DNA of 64,000 bases from Octopus sinensis (GCF_006345805.1 NC_043005.1:85622001-85686000), one strand, 5' to 3'; shown: positions 38,267 through 52,051, numbered from the stretch's first letter. Made by a program: numbers and translations. Notes: generated from the letters alone by a model not told the origin.

Positions 38267-38445
38267 CTTCAGTTTTCGAATGTCTCGTTCGAATATTTGC
38301 AACTACCACCGAGAACTGTACCAGCGGTCGGCTTCACTCGGACTGGTGCCCGCGGATTCCAAGCACTCCATGAAGCCCTCCTAGTCCACTGACAATCGGA
38401 AAGTCGCCTCGTTCGGCGACCACCCAACCTGTCGTTCGGACGGTA
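38267..38445 (-). pseudogene. 28S (LSU) rRNA fragment, diverged
   Basis: The minus strand ..TAGGAGGGC..GGTACAGTTCTCGGTGGTAGTTGCAAATATTCGAACGAGACATTCGAAAACTGAAG resembles the conserved LSU segment GGTGCAGATCTTGGTGGTAGTAGCAAATATTCAAACGAGAACTTTGAAGGCCGAAG. Confidence 0.8.
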
Positions 38446-38814
38446 ATTTGGAGAATGTTTTATTACTCCTTGCATATCTATGGTATATTCATGACATGGA
38501 GGAAAACGGTGTGATAGTCATAACGTTGAAGCCATTATTTTTAAAATTGGACTTTGGTTTTTGTGTTTGTTTTTAGTGAAGTCCTTTCTGTTGTAAGCAT
38601 TTGAGCTGTGGAAAAAGAAGTCGAGTCACGAATCTCACAGACGGGGATCCACACTTTTCACTGTCAAAGAATCGCTGAAGATGTCACAGCTTTCACACAT
38701 ACAACTGCCTCATGTCCTACGGGATACCCAGTACAACATGCAGCAGGTTTTGCCAACAAATGGAGAGCCTCTCCATACACACACACACACACACAAATAC
38801 ACACACACACACAC

Positions 38815-38862
<48 letters not shown>

Positions 38863-39925
38863 TTCACAAATATTTACATATAAATCTAAATATATATACA
38901 TCGCTTATCTTCGTCTTTTACTTGTTTCAGTCATTGGACTGCAGCCATGGTAAGGGCTCCGCATTGCTGGGTTTGGTGAAACGAATCGACCCCCAGGACC
39001 TATTTTGTTAGCGTGCTACTTATTCTGTCGGACTCTTTTGCTGAACCACTAAGTTACAGAGACAAAGGAACTAACACCGGTTGCCAAGCGGCGGTGGGGT
39101 ATAAACACATGCAAAAACATCACATATATATTGATATACACGCATATATACAACAAGATTCTTTCAGTTCCTGTCTATCAAATCCACAACCAAGGTTTTG
39201 GTAGGCCTGGAGCTATCGTAGACGATACTTGCCCTTAGTTCCACTTAGTGGGACTGAACCCAGAACCATGCGTATGTACATATGTATGTATACCTAGTGA
39301 CACATAGCTGAATCCATCAATTTTTGTGAGTTCAATTCCTGCTGCCACTTTAGCCACAAAATTTCGTACTTTTGCAATCGTTCAAAATAAGAATCTATCT
39401 CTTAAGTAATATGCGGTGGACTTTCTGTCTTATATTAGATATCCATACATCAATTTCAATATAATAAATATTATTGTAAGACTCTAGTTAAGTAGAGGAC
39501 AACTTCTCATTGGACTTTTGTACAAACAAGAAACTTCTTAGACACATCAAGTGAACTCCTCCGCTGTATTCATACTGTTATTGATAAGCATTGTTTTTGA
39601 TGTTGTATCAGCCTAAGTAAGCATTTATCAGGTGGCAGACATATGATCAATATCTCGTGTGTACGATTGTTTAATTTATATTTTCATTCCTAGCGGATAT
39701 GAGACTGTATTATCAAAATTGTGCTTCTGCACTTTTGTTCTTTTTTTAGAAAAATAACGTTAGGTAAGCTATTGTTTAAATCTATCATGGCTGCTATTTC
39801 TAACGAAGATTCTTTGTGATCGATTCAGAGTTTTAGTTCTTACAAAATGCATACATACACACATACATACATACATACATATATACATACATACATACAT
39901 ACATATGTATGTATGTATGTTATGT

Positions 39926-40260
39926 CAGGTCACTTTCGAGTGCTACTGGTAACATGTAACCCAGTACAGCCTGTTGCATGGTCGGGTCGTCGGCGACTAA
40001 ACCGGCAACTCCACCAAGCTTACTTGGTGAAGAGGGTGTCTATTGGACACCCTATGGAATGAAAATCAAAACCCGTCAAAGGGCGGAGAAACTCTTAAGA
40101 GTCAACGGCCGTCCAATAAATGTCTTAAGGCTGCATCATGTGCGGGGACATAGAAATAATCGGACTGAATTCCCGATCGCGTAGGACTCTTAACCTTTGT
40201 TAGGAGAAGGTAACTCAGGTAACTCCGACATAAAACCTGCGGCTCAGTGGTTACCGATGA
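39926..40260 (+). mobile_element. probable RTE-type LINE 5' UTR fragment
   Basis: GC-richer segment with GGCAACTCCA and AGGAGAAGGTAACTC motifs reminiscent of RTE 5' UTRs; recognised from memory only. Confidence 0.4.
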
Positions 40261-40645
40261 TGTTGACTTGTTCTTCTTTTTGGATTATGGCTGCTGTTGC
40301 TTAGTGAGTGGGATTGACTTAGTGCACAACCTTTCCTCACTTTAACAAAAATCTTCTTGCATAGGCATTGTACGATAACAACATTGATTAAGCTTCGTGC
40401 AATGGTCATACTCGATAACGAGGGGACAGCCACCATGTATGTATGTATGCATCATCTAGACGATGAATTCTTCTATCAACCATTTCGATTAAAATTTACT
40501 CCAAACACCATCACAATTAGCTCGCCTACCAAAATTATCGTTACTACACCTGCTAACACTTGGGCAAGTGTCTTCGACTATAGCCTCGGGCGACCAAAGC
40601 TTTGTGAGTGGATTTGATGGACAGAAACTGAAAGGAACATGTCGT

Positions 40646-40689
<44 letters not shown>

Positions 40690-40962
40690 ATATATATATA
40701 TATATAGATATATATATATATATTATATATATATATATTTGTGTGTGTCTGTGTGTCCCCCCCCTCATTATCGTTTGACAACCGACGCTTACAAAAAATA
40801 AGTCTTGGATCGATTTCTTCGACTAAATCCATCTAAGTCCCTCCAGCAAGACCGCACTCAAATGACTGAAAGAAGTAAAAGAATAAAAGAATAGAAAGAA
40901 TAGAATACATACATACATAATGCACACACACACACATACACATACGTGAAGGTGAAAAAGAC

Positions 40963-40996
40963 TTTTACATTTCGAGCCTGCGCTCTTCAACAGAAT
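40963..40996 (-). ncRNA. hammerhead-like motif (CTGTTGA variant)
   Basis: Minus strand ATT-CTGTTGA-A-GAGC(gcag)GCTC-GAAA-TGTA-AAA. Confidence 0.5.
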
Positions 40997-41496
40997 GGAA
41001 CACGAGAAAATAAACTGAGAGAAAAAAAAAAGCTTTGGTGGCTAGCGCCGATCAGGGCAGTGGCCGGACTGAGGTGGTCAGACAAGAGAGCTAGGAAGAA
41101 GGAGAGTTACATACATACATGTAGACCCCCTTTGATCATGAAAGACCATGGGATTGCACCTAGAAAGTCCGAGCAAGGTTGTTTATGGAAGTCCAGCAGT
41201 CGCCCATGCATACCAGCCTCTCCTCTCAAGAGAAAGGCAAAGGGGCCAATACAGCTTGGCACCAGTGATGTCGCAACTAATTTCTACAGCTGAGTTAATT
41301 GGAGCAACGTGAAATAAAGTGTCTTGTTCAAGAACACAACATGCAGCCCGGTCCGGGAATCGAACTAAAAACCTCACGATCGTAATCTCGACACTCTAAC
41401 CACTGAGCCATGCGCCTTCACAACATAATACATTCAAACAAACATACATACATACATACATACATACATACATACATACATACATACATACATACA

Positions 41497-41529
<33 letters not shown>

Positions 41530-41593
41530 TTCTCTGCTGAACCACTGAACTCAACACGTCTGTTTTCATTCTCCCTCTATTTCCTTTTATTCC

Positions 41594-41627
41594 TTTCTGT
41601 TGAAGAGCATAGACTCGAAACGTAAAA
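41594..41627 (+). ncRNA. hammerhead-like motif (CTGTTGA variant)
   Basis: TTT-CTGTTGA-A-GAG(cataga)CTC-GAAA-CGTA-AAA; palindromic ACGT, GUA triplet, stem I TTT/AAA. Confidence 0.5.
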
Positions 41628-43250
41628 TACTTTTCCATTTTCCCCGAGCATCTTGTTACTGTTGCTTAGCCCCAGGGTAGCTGCTTAGCCAAGTGTCATT
41701 GATGAGTACCCCGTTCGAAAATATATAGTTTTCAAAGTGCAATAACCCAGGAACCGGTCCACAGATGTTGCTTTGTGCTGGGCGGGACTCCCTGTTCAAA
41801 AATATAATGACTCACATATTGTGTCGCATAGCCAGCTGGAAACGATATTTTGGTTTCCTGGGGCTAAAAAACAGTAGCAATGGTCCCTTCCAGGACAGCC
41901 ACATTATGTTGGCAAATAGTCTTTACTATGAAGAACTGTTACTGAATATCTCTCTTTGAGACAATGAACTACTTCGAGTTCCCGTCTACGAAATCCAATC
42001 GCAAGGCAATGGCTGGCTGAGAGACATAGTAGATAATACATACACACATTACAACATTTGAAATATAAATCTCTTAATTCTGACGAACGAGAAATATGAC
42101 CCATGTTTTGTCTGTGACTATTTCTTCGTTCCTGTCATATTTTTTAGGCATAGTCTATCTAAGGCTGAATTAGTCAATGTGTTCGTGTATTAAGACGATC
42201 TGCAGGAATTTGAAAAAGATCTTGTTATCTTTTAATTGTTTATACTTTATCTTTTTTCAGTAATTCGAGTGCAGCCATACTGGAGCACCGCCTTGAAGGG
42301 TTTCAGTTGGAAAAAAATCGACCAGAGTACTTACTTTGATAGTTTAGTATTTACTCCTTCGGTCTCTTCTACTGAAATGCTTAGTTACGTGGATGTAAAC
42401 AAACCAGCACAGATTGTAAAGCAGTGTGGTTGGACAACCCTCGCCACACACACACACACACAGGCATACAGGTCGGCTTAGGGTTTTGAAAGAAACATGC
42501 TCAAGTTGCCGTGCAGTAGAATTGAACCTGGAACCATGAGGTTTCGAAGCAGGCTCTTAACCACACAGCTCCCACCCCGCCAAGACAACTCATAGATCTG
42601 TGCGTGACTAAGTGGTATTTCTACTGTTTAACACTAGGCAAGCCTGATCAAGCATCCCTATAATGCATGACGCTACAGCCATGACTATTCCGCCTTCTTT
42701 TCCGTCGTCAAGCATCGTCTAAATTATTATTTAGACATTATTTGATATGTAATACCGCCTTATTATTAAAGATAATATATGATGGGAGAAATATTTAGCT
42801 GGTGTTTTTAGCTGATTAGACGATTACTTAGTGGGCTGCTTTTACGAAGTCCTCGTGGTCGATAAGGTTATAATGTACAGTCTGTGACAACACTTGAATG
42901 TTTAATAGTAAAATAAGTGGTAGTAGTAGTAGTGGTGGTGGTGGTGGTGGTGGCGTGAGAGATGGCGGGGGTAGGGGGCAGGAAATAATATTGGATCGAA
43001 GTGATTGATAGGTAGAAGAATGGGCTGTCTAGACGGTAGTAGTTCAATGTAATTGAAAGCAAATTAAGACTGGTGATGTGAAGATTGATTGATCAACTGT
43101 AGGAAAACACATTAAGACATTATTATTATTATAGAAAACAGGCATACAGTCAAACAGGCAGACAGACAGCAATTAAATATTGTGGATTGATATTATATAC
43201 ACATACGTAAAAACATAGAAACATACATACATACATTTGTATATAGGTGA

Positions 43251-43282
<32 letters not shown>

Positions 43283-43401
43283 GTATTTACTTGTGTATGT
43301 GGCTACATATATAAATATAGGTTGTTTATTTTCAAAACCAATGCCTGAATAACTTCGAGGTTACTGACAGGCGTTTTATTGTAAAATACAAATAGAAAAA
43401 C

Positions 43402-43491
<90 letters not shown>

Positions 43492-44899
43492 CACTAATAG
43501 GTTTATCTGATTCATTATTCCACAAAAGAATTATTTGAATTTCTCTCGAAGTTTCTAGATTCTTTTCAAAGGTTTGTTTTGTCCTACTGTAGACTGCCTG
43601 CAATGTCTCCAAGAGATGCGGTTTCGAGTCCCTTGATTAGCTTCGCCTTCTTCTATACAGTGTTTTCCAGCCCAACAAACGCAATTCTTATCCTTTGATA
43701 ATGTTAAAAAATAGCTATTTTCCCATCAATTGCATTTTTTTACAGTTTACGCAAGCACGGAGTATTATATCTTGGAACTTAAATCTTAAATGCTTTTCTT
43801 AATATTTTTCTGTGAAGAAAGGCGGCAGACTGGCAGAGTGGTTAAGTATGCTTAGCAACATTCTTTGCAGCACCGAAATTGATGCCAGAATTTGAAACCA
43901 ATATTTTTCTGTAAAGGATCGGATCGTGGTCTAGTATTGCACTCACGATCACTTGATCATGGGTTCGAGTCACGGACTAAGCAGCGTGTTGTCTTCTAGA
44001 GCAAAACACTTCATTTCATGCTGCTCTAGGCCGTGTGGCGACCGGTATGCCAAAGAATAGACCCAGTGTTTATTTCTCGTTCCATGTCATAAAAGGCGAC
44101 TAAAAGCTGTTGAGGTAAGATTTGCAATCCGACCTCGTAAAAGCCTCACCAGAAACGACTTCTGAAAACAGACCCATAAAGGTGGAGGGTTGTCGCCTGA
44201 GCGGTGCAAAGGCACCATCCACAAGTATCAGTAGGTGATCATCAACAAATATCGCGTGCAATGACAAATTGTTAAAGCGCATGCTCCCCATATACCTCCT
44301 TCTAACGTAGTATCATTATCTTTTACAACAGTCGAGAACTGACTCCTGTGTTGTCGGTTAACCACCTAGAAAGAGACACCAAATTTCACTCAGTTGCACC
44401 ACTACGTCTTAGAGATAAGAATATCTTTTATGTTTCACCCGTTTCAAGCATAAGACTGCGGCCATGCTGGGTCACTATCTTGAATAAATTTTAGGCAAAG
44501 AAATCGATCCCAGTACGGAGTTCTATAAAGACTAGTACTTATCCGATCGGTCCGTTTTGCCGAACCGCCACGTTACGGGGATGTAAACGCATCAACACCA
44601 GTTGCCAGACGAAGAGGAAGACAGTCACGCAGTCACACACACATACACACACACACACACGCACGTATATACGAAGTGTTTCTTCCAGTTTCAGTCTACT
44701 AAATCTACTGACGAGTCTTTGGGTGGTCCGAGGCTATAGTAGAAGACACGTGCCTAAAGTGCCACGCAGTTGGACTGAACAATGCAGCTGGAAATCAAAC
44801 TTCTCACTACACAGCCATACCTGGTAGACAGGATATCTGATAGATATTCGATCGATCAAATTCCAGAGACAACCATTGAATAATTCGACACTACTAGTA

Positions 44900-45207
44900 G
44901 CACTCCGTCGGTTACGACGACGAGGGTCCCAGCTGATACGATCAACAGAAGAACTTGCTCGTGAAATTAACGTGCAGGTGACTGAGCAATCCACAGACAC
45001 GTGTACTCCTAACGTAGTTCTCAGGGAGATTCAGCGTGACACAGAGCGAGACAAGGCCGGCCCTTGGAAATACAGGTACAACTCATTTTTGCCAGCCGAG
45101 TGGACTGGAGAAACGTGAAATAAGGACACAACGCGTCGCCGCGAATTGAGCTCACGACCTTACAATCGTGAGCCATATGCCCTAACCACTAAGCCACGAA
45201 CCTTCAC
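44900..45207 (-). mobile_element. CORE-like tRNA SINE family C2
   Basis: Same head as C1 with a different 3' tail (..GACCCTCGTCGTCGTAACCGACGGAGTGC); a second copy lies at 48373-48684. Confidence 0.8.
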
Positions 45208-45736
45208 CTCCAACACTACAATAGAACGTATACGTCAAACTGTCACGCAATTGAAACGAAACTAAGAGCAACGAGATTCTCAGACAGGATTTCATAACCA
45301 CGCGTCTAAATTGAATTAACTGCAACGTAAACATTCATGTTTTCTAATATAAATTATAAATTCGACGATTGAAATGCAAACGGTTTCGCAAACATGTAAT
45401 TGGTTTATGTAACTGCTTTATAGTTTCAAAACTTGTGATTCTTTCCAAATAAAACAAATCCTAAGAGAAATCGTGGGGCAAATTCAACAACCAATACAAC
45501 CGGCATTTCAATGTCTTCCATTCTAGAAATTTCTCCTTTGATAATTTCTTTTAATGATTAATTAATTTATTAATTATTACTCGTAAAGCTACGATTGAAC
45601 GTAGAACATAACTAATACACACACACATACACACATTACATATGTATATATATGTATGTATATATGTATATACATACATACATACATACTTACATATACA
45701 TACGTATACACACACATATTCATACATATTTGTATG

Positions 45737-45836
<100 letters not shown>

Positions 45837-45887
45837 GCAAAATGAATAAGAATGGCTTTTCCACTTTGATAATCGAATGTTTATAAG

Positions 45888-46440
45888 ACGGTGAGCTGGC
45901 AGAAGCGTTAGCATGCCGGGAGAAATGCGTAGCCGTATTTCGTCTGCCGCTACGTTCTGAGTTCAAATTCCACAGAGGTCGACTTTGCCCTTCATCCTTT
46001 CGGGGTCGATTAAATAAGTACCAGTTATATACTGGAGTCGATATAATCGATTTAATCCGTCTGTCTGTCCTTGTTTGTCCTCTCTGTGTTTAGCCCCTTG
46101 TGGGTAGTAAAGAAATAGGTATTTCGTCTGCCGTTACGTTCTCAGCTCAAATTCTGCCAAGGTCGACTTTGCCTTTCATCCTTTTGGGGTCGATTAAATA
46201 AGTACCAGTTACGCACTGGGTCGATATAATCGACTTTATCCGTTTGTCTCTCCTTGTTTGTCTCCACTGTGTGTAGTCCCTTGTGGGCAGTAAAAAGTAA
46301 GAAACGTTAGCACGCCGGACGGAATGTTTTAGCAGTATTCGCCTTTCTTTACATTCTCAGGGCAATTTCCGTCGAGGTCGACTTTGATGTAATCGACTTA
46401 TCCTTTCCCATCCAAATTGCTGGCATAGTGCCAATAATTG
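45888..46440 (+). mobile_element. SINE A trimer
   Basis: Junctions AAAGAAATA|GGTATTTCG at 46117/46118 and ..AAAAGTA|AGAAACGTTAG at ~46299/46300; old-type last tail. Confidence 0.85.
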
Positions 46441-46461
46441 GATGCATATAAATCACACACA

Positions 46462-46781
46462 TGGACACGCAATGGCCCAGTAGTTAGAGCAGCGAACTCG
46501 CTGTCGGAGGATCGCTGTTCCGATTCCAAGACCGGGCGTTGTGTGTGTTTATTGAGCGAAAGCACCTAAAGCTCCACGAGGCTCCGGTAGGGGGTTGTAG
46601 CGACCCCTTTTGTACTCTTTCGCCCCAACTTTCTCTCACGCTTTCTTCCTGTTTCTTGAGTAACGCTGTGATGGACTGACGTCCCGTCCAGCTGGGAGGG
46701 GGGCATATACGCCACAGAAACCGGGAAACCGGGCCCATGAGCCTAGCTAGGCTTGAAAAGGGCGCATGAATGATAAAAAAT
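46462..46781 (+). mobile_element. tRNA-derived SINE with a V-SINE-like 3' segment and 16-bp TSD
   Basis: TSD ATATAAATCACACACA at 46446-46461 and 46782-46797; tRNA-like head; CTGTGATGGACTGACGTCCCGTCCAG resembles the V-SINE CCTGCGATGGACTGGCGACCTGTCCAG segment (from memory); ATGAATGA tail. Confidence 0.7.
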
Positions 46782-46789
46782 ATATAAAT

Positions 46790-46827
<38 letters not shown>

Positions 46828-48931
46828 CGTGCATGCACGCATACAAATCTATAATGAAAATCTAAGCAGTGGTTACGGAAACAAACTTTGTAGGTTCGCA
46901 TCTACAATGTATGCTTTTATATCTGGTTTTTGAATTTGCCATCATCATCATCATCATCGTCATCAGCCTAAATGTACATGGGCGTCTCCTCCCATCTATA
47001 TTACTGTCTCGAGTTTCTCTTTCTCTCTCTAGTTACAAGCGTGCTCAAGTCTAACCTAAGGAACATTGTTCGAAAAAAATGACCGACGTGGAAATTGAAG
47101 TCTCAAAAAATCTTATGGAGCTTCATTGTGAAACTTTTGAAACGGATGTAAAGCCTCGAAGATGAATAATCTTGTTATTGGCTTTTATATCGACAGAGAT
47201 CTGCAAAGGCACAAAGGGTTCAATAACCGAATGATTGGTTACCAATATATATGGGAAATAGGAACCGACATAGCGCGTGTGCTACTCAGAGTAACCCTTA
47301 AATTTGTCCCCCACCCCACCGAGGGCTTGTAGCAAAAGCGACGTCGGCATAAAAGTGTCGCCCGATGCGGATCACTACCTCGCCCCTTTGCCTTGCCTGC
47401 ACCTCGCCTTCGTCTGGACGTAGGGATGAGCTCTTTCATATAACGAATCATCGACAAACGCTCTACGACAGTCGTGGGGAACCTGTGCCTCGCAGGACTC
47501 TCTGAATGGTACACCTAATGAAAAAATTACCTTAATGTTAATGGTGCGCTCCGCCTGATGACGAGCCATACCTCATGTGGTCCACCTAATGTAGAGCCAT
47601 GTATCATGCGGCCCGCCTGATGACATGCGCTCTGCCTAATGACGAGTCATGTTTTATTCGGCATGCATGGTGTTGAGTCATGTTGCATACGGCCCGATTC
47701 TTTGAAAATGTTCGTACATGCTTGCTCTACGTAGTAGCTTCATTTGCAAGAAACAGCAGTCAAATCTTCCTCAACCCAAACACTATTGTGTTTTAAAGTA
47801 CAATAAACACCGATAAAGTTGTTCTCGATCAAAGAAATGCAGCATCCTTGATCAGAAATGCGCATTGTCATGATTTATCTGGAACTAAACAGAAACAGCA
47901 GCAAAAACTACGACAAAATTCTTGCTTGGAATTTTTCACTACAACAAAGGCAGCAGAGTCACATAAAAAAAAAATAATCGGATAAACAACCGCTAATTAA
48001 TAAAGGGTAATTAAATAATTAAGGAGATCAAAGTATGCAACATGGAAACAAAAAAAGAGGTGTTGATATAAAATACAACACAGGCAACATGCGAAAGAAA
48101 CGAACTTCACGCAAAAGTTTATTACAGGAAGAAAATATATCGCGGTTATAAATCTGGGAAACACATTACCATAAAACTGATTTTACAAAAACATAGAATG
48201 CATTATAACCAATCAAAAACAAGCACTAATAGTAACTACAAAGAAATGGAAATTTATTTTTTTAGCTCCACATCAACAAGAATTTTTTTGAAAAGTGACA
48301 AAAATAAAATCATTACAGTAAGTTTATTATGCTGTTATTTAAAATTCAAAAGTAGATATAAAAAAAAAATTGGCACTCCGTCGGTTACGACGATGAGGGT
48401 TCCAGTTAATCCTATCAACAGAACAGCCTGCTTATGGAATTAACGTGTAAGTGGCTGAGCACTCCACAGACATGCGTAGCCTTAACGTGTTTCTCAAGAA
48501 GATTCAGTGTGACACAGAATGTGAAAATACTGGAAATTTGAGATACATTTAATGCTTACTGAATGAACTGGAGCAACGTGAAATAAAGTGTCTCGCTCAA
48601 GAGTACAGTGCACCACCGGTAATCGAACTTACAACCTGACGATCGTGAGTCGAATAGCCTAACCATTTGGCCATGCACTTTCACTCGAAAGCAAATATGA
48701 AAATTGTGGATCTCATATATTCAACGAAGGCGGCGAGTTGGCAGAATCGTTAGCGACCCGGGCATTGGTCGGACCGGGGTTGTAGTAGAAGACCCTTATC
48801 CATGGTGTAGCTTTGTAGTGGGATTGGACGCGAAATCACGAAGTCGCACACCGATCATCTAAACCACACAGCCATGCCTTCATGAAGAAAAAATAAGATG
48901 GTTATTAAAGAACGCTTAAATTCGGGAATAC

Positions 48932-49121
<190 letters not shown>

Positions 49122-49304
49122 GCACACACACACATATATATATAAATTCATATGTATTTATATATTTACTTTGTCATTATATTCACTGCGGTGGTATTTT
49201 GACCATATCACACGAGGAGTTTAGACGGGCAATTTAAACTCATCGTGTGCATACGTGCATATATATGTGTGCATACACGTGCATATATGTAAGTATTCGT
49301 ATTT

Positions 49305-49343
<39 letters not shown>

Positions 49344-49635
49344 ATTTATCTACTATTTGAGTATATTCCACTGATGAAGGTAAAGCATTTCTTATACAAA
49401 GCCAGAAATCCGGGAATTACCCAATAATTGTTTTGCTAGTTTATTTTGTCTCTTTGTCTTCTCTCCTGGTGCTGTATGAACATTTAATGTGGTTTTAGAA
49501 TCAAGTTTTGGCTGCTATATCTAGCATGGTGGTATCTTTTAGTTACCCTTAATTATAAATATATATACATACAAGAATGCATTATTTTTTCCGACTGTTT
49601 GTAGCAGACTTTCATTGTTGTCAGAAGCAAAAGAC

Positions 49636-49840
49636 CGGTTTTTGAATCCTGAATGGTTTTATATTTTACGTGGTTATTTTCGCCCAGTGAGGCCGACTAC
49701 CATTATTGTGGGAAATTCTGGACGCTAAAATCAGCTCCACACGATTGGTTAACTTCTACATATCACGTGTTTCAATTTCTGACCAATCACGGAGCAGCTA
49801 CATTTGGCGCTTTCTGCAAAAGAGTACAAACGCCCCTAAA
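49636..49840. promoter_or_regulatory. candidate Pol II promoter: CCAAT boxes, E-box, E2F site, CHR
   Basis: TTTGAA at 49641, ATTGG at 49744, CACGTG at 49764, CCAAT at 49783 and TTTGGCGC at 49803, in repeat-free, CpG-retaining sequence. Confidence 0.5.
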
Positions 49841-50258
49841 AGCCGATCTTAATCAATAAAGAGAGATGAAGTGATTTCGTTTGCAGAGTTGCTTAGACCT
49901 TTGGACGAATCCCTATAGGTCACAGAGGTACCCTGTCTAATTCTTGGTCTGCTGGATACATGCATACAAACTCAACCACACACATACACACACATATAAA
50001 CATATATATGCTTGTGAAATGATATACAAACGCTCAACTATACCTACGAATATTCGTGCACATATACATAATGACATTCACGCATATATACACAGAAAGA
50101 GACTGCTTTAGAATATAGCTTGCAATTGAGCACAACCACATACGTTTCAACAAATATACGAAGTGTGTCACTTGCATTGAAGAGCAAACATGGTTTCACT
50201 GATGCCGTTGTGCTGTCTTTTCCATTAAAGCCAAAATTAACAAAATATGATATACATA

Positions 50259-50647
50259 CAGGAGTGGCTGTATGATAAGTAGCTTGCCTACCAACCACAT
50301 GGTTTCAGGTTCAGTCCCACTGTGTGGCACCTTGGGTAAGTGTCTTCTACTATAGCCTCGGGCCGGCCAAGGACGTGTGAGTGGATATGGTAGGCGGAAA
50401 CTGAAAAAAGCCCATCGTATATATATATGTTTGTGTGTCTGTGTTTGTCCCCCCAATATCGCTTGAAACCGATGCCGGTGTGCTTACGTCCCCATCAGTT
50501 AGCGGTTCGGCAAAAGACACCGATAGAATAAGTACTAGGCTTACAACGAATAAGTTCTGGGGTCGATTTACTCGACTAAAGGCGGTACTCCAGTATAGCC
50601 GCAGTCAAATGACTTAAACAAATAAAAGAATAAAAGAATAAAGAATA
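50259..50647 (+). mobile_element. full-length SINE B
   Basis: Head GGTTCAGTCCCACTG..CACCTTGGGTAAGTGTCTTCTACTATAGCC, short internal TA/TG tract, (AAAAGAAT)n tail. Other copies: ~23810-24140(-), 32270-32440(-), 37850-38240(-), 38900-39270(-), 40555-40900(+), 42240-42570(-), 44430-44820(-), 52130-52470(-), 60989-61423(+), 61620-61930(-). Confidence 0.85.
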
Positions 50648-51098
50648 CAGAATGTTATATATACGCATGTGTGAAAATCCGTAGGATGATATATATATGT
50701 GTGTGTGTTTGTGTGTGTAAGTATGTGTTGTGTGTACTGTATATGGTGAAATATGTATGATGAATTGAATGCGATGTGTATGATATGCATATGTCACAAT
50801 GAGCCATAAGTGGGTGTCATATATATATATATAAATAATATTTATTCCAATTGATATTTGTAATGCAAAAACATAAATATATATCTCCATATATGTATGT
50901 GACTTTTTTTCAGATATAATGATTGCTTACATTCATGGACAGATTACATATATATATATATTATATATATATATTATATATATATATAATAAATAAAATA
51001 TATGCAATAAATAAAAAAATATATATATATATTATATATATATATATTCAAATGTGTATACAATTACATATGCATGGAAGTATGTATATTACCAGATA

Positions 51099-51152
<54 letters not shown>

Positions 51153-51286
51153 TACCTGTATACATACCCGGATATATTAACTTATTGCATAAGCGTACTT
51201 ACACCCTATTACATGTGAATATTAGATAAAAATTAGAAAAAAGGATATCACGAAGCGAAAATTACTCACACACGCACACACACACA

Positions 51287-51317
<31 letters not shown>

Positions 51318-52006
51318 CACACACACACGTTATGGTGACATTAAAGAGTGCAGTTTTCAACAGATTGATGAAAAAAAATTGCTACAGTACGATATAAATA
51401 AAGATAAAGGGTTTGAAAAGCATTTGACATCGAAATTAATAGAAAAATAAATAAATTTATAAATAGTACAAAAGACGCCATATTGTCACCTATCACAACT
51501 GTGCTTAATCATTACATTGAAATCCTCGATTATCGAAATAGTATCAAACTATAAATCGATGAATGGTGTTCTGAAATAAATTACTTGAACTATCGATAAA
51601 AGATGCAAGAACATTCTTTAGATCAGTCGATTGTTTACGTAGATGAGACTGTGAATAATGGAGACACTTTGTAAAGCACTTTAAGCGTGTGTATTACTGA
51701 GGGTCGTTGTTTAGTTGTACCTCAGATCTGATTGAGTAAAGCTTTGGTCAAATACGTCCCAGCTGTAAAGTGTTAATTTAGAGATGTTTAGCTTCTATTT
51801 CAAGTCGGTCAATCGCTGAACTAGTATTTCATTTGAAAACTGTAGACGTGTACTAGAGGACTAAACGAAGAGTCCCTTGTCAACAGACTATATTATAGAA
51901 TGGTGGATCACTATACTATGACTGTGGTTGCACTAACAGAAAAACATTCATATTTTTTCAATGTTATTGAATTAGATCCTGCAGTATATATACATATGTG
52001 TGTGTA

Positions 52007-52051
<45 letters not shown>

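Noticed and set aside
49365-49420. CTGATGA-AGG...CC-AGAAA as another hammerhead
   Set aside because: Stem II is only about 2 bp with an extra base before GAAA, and there is no UH cleavage triplet.
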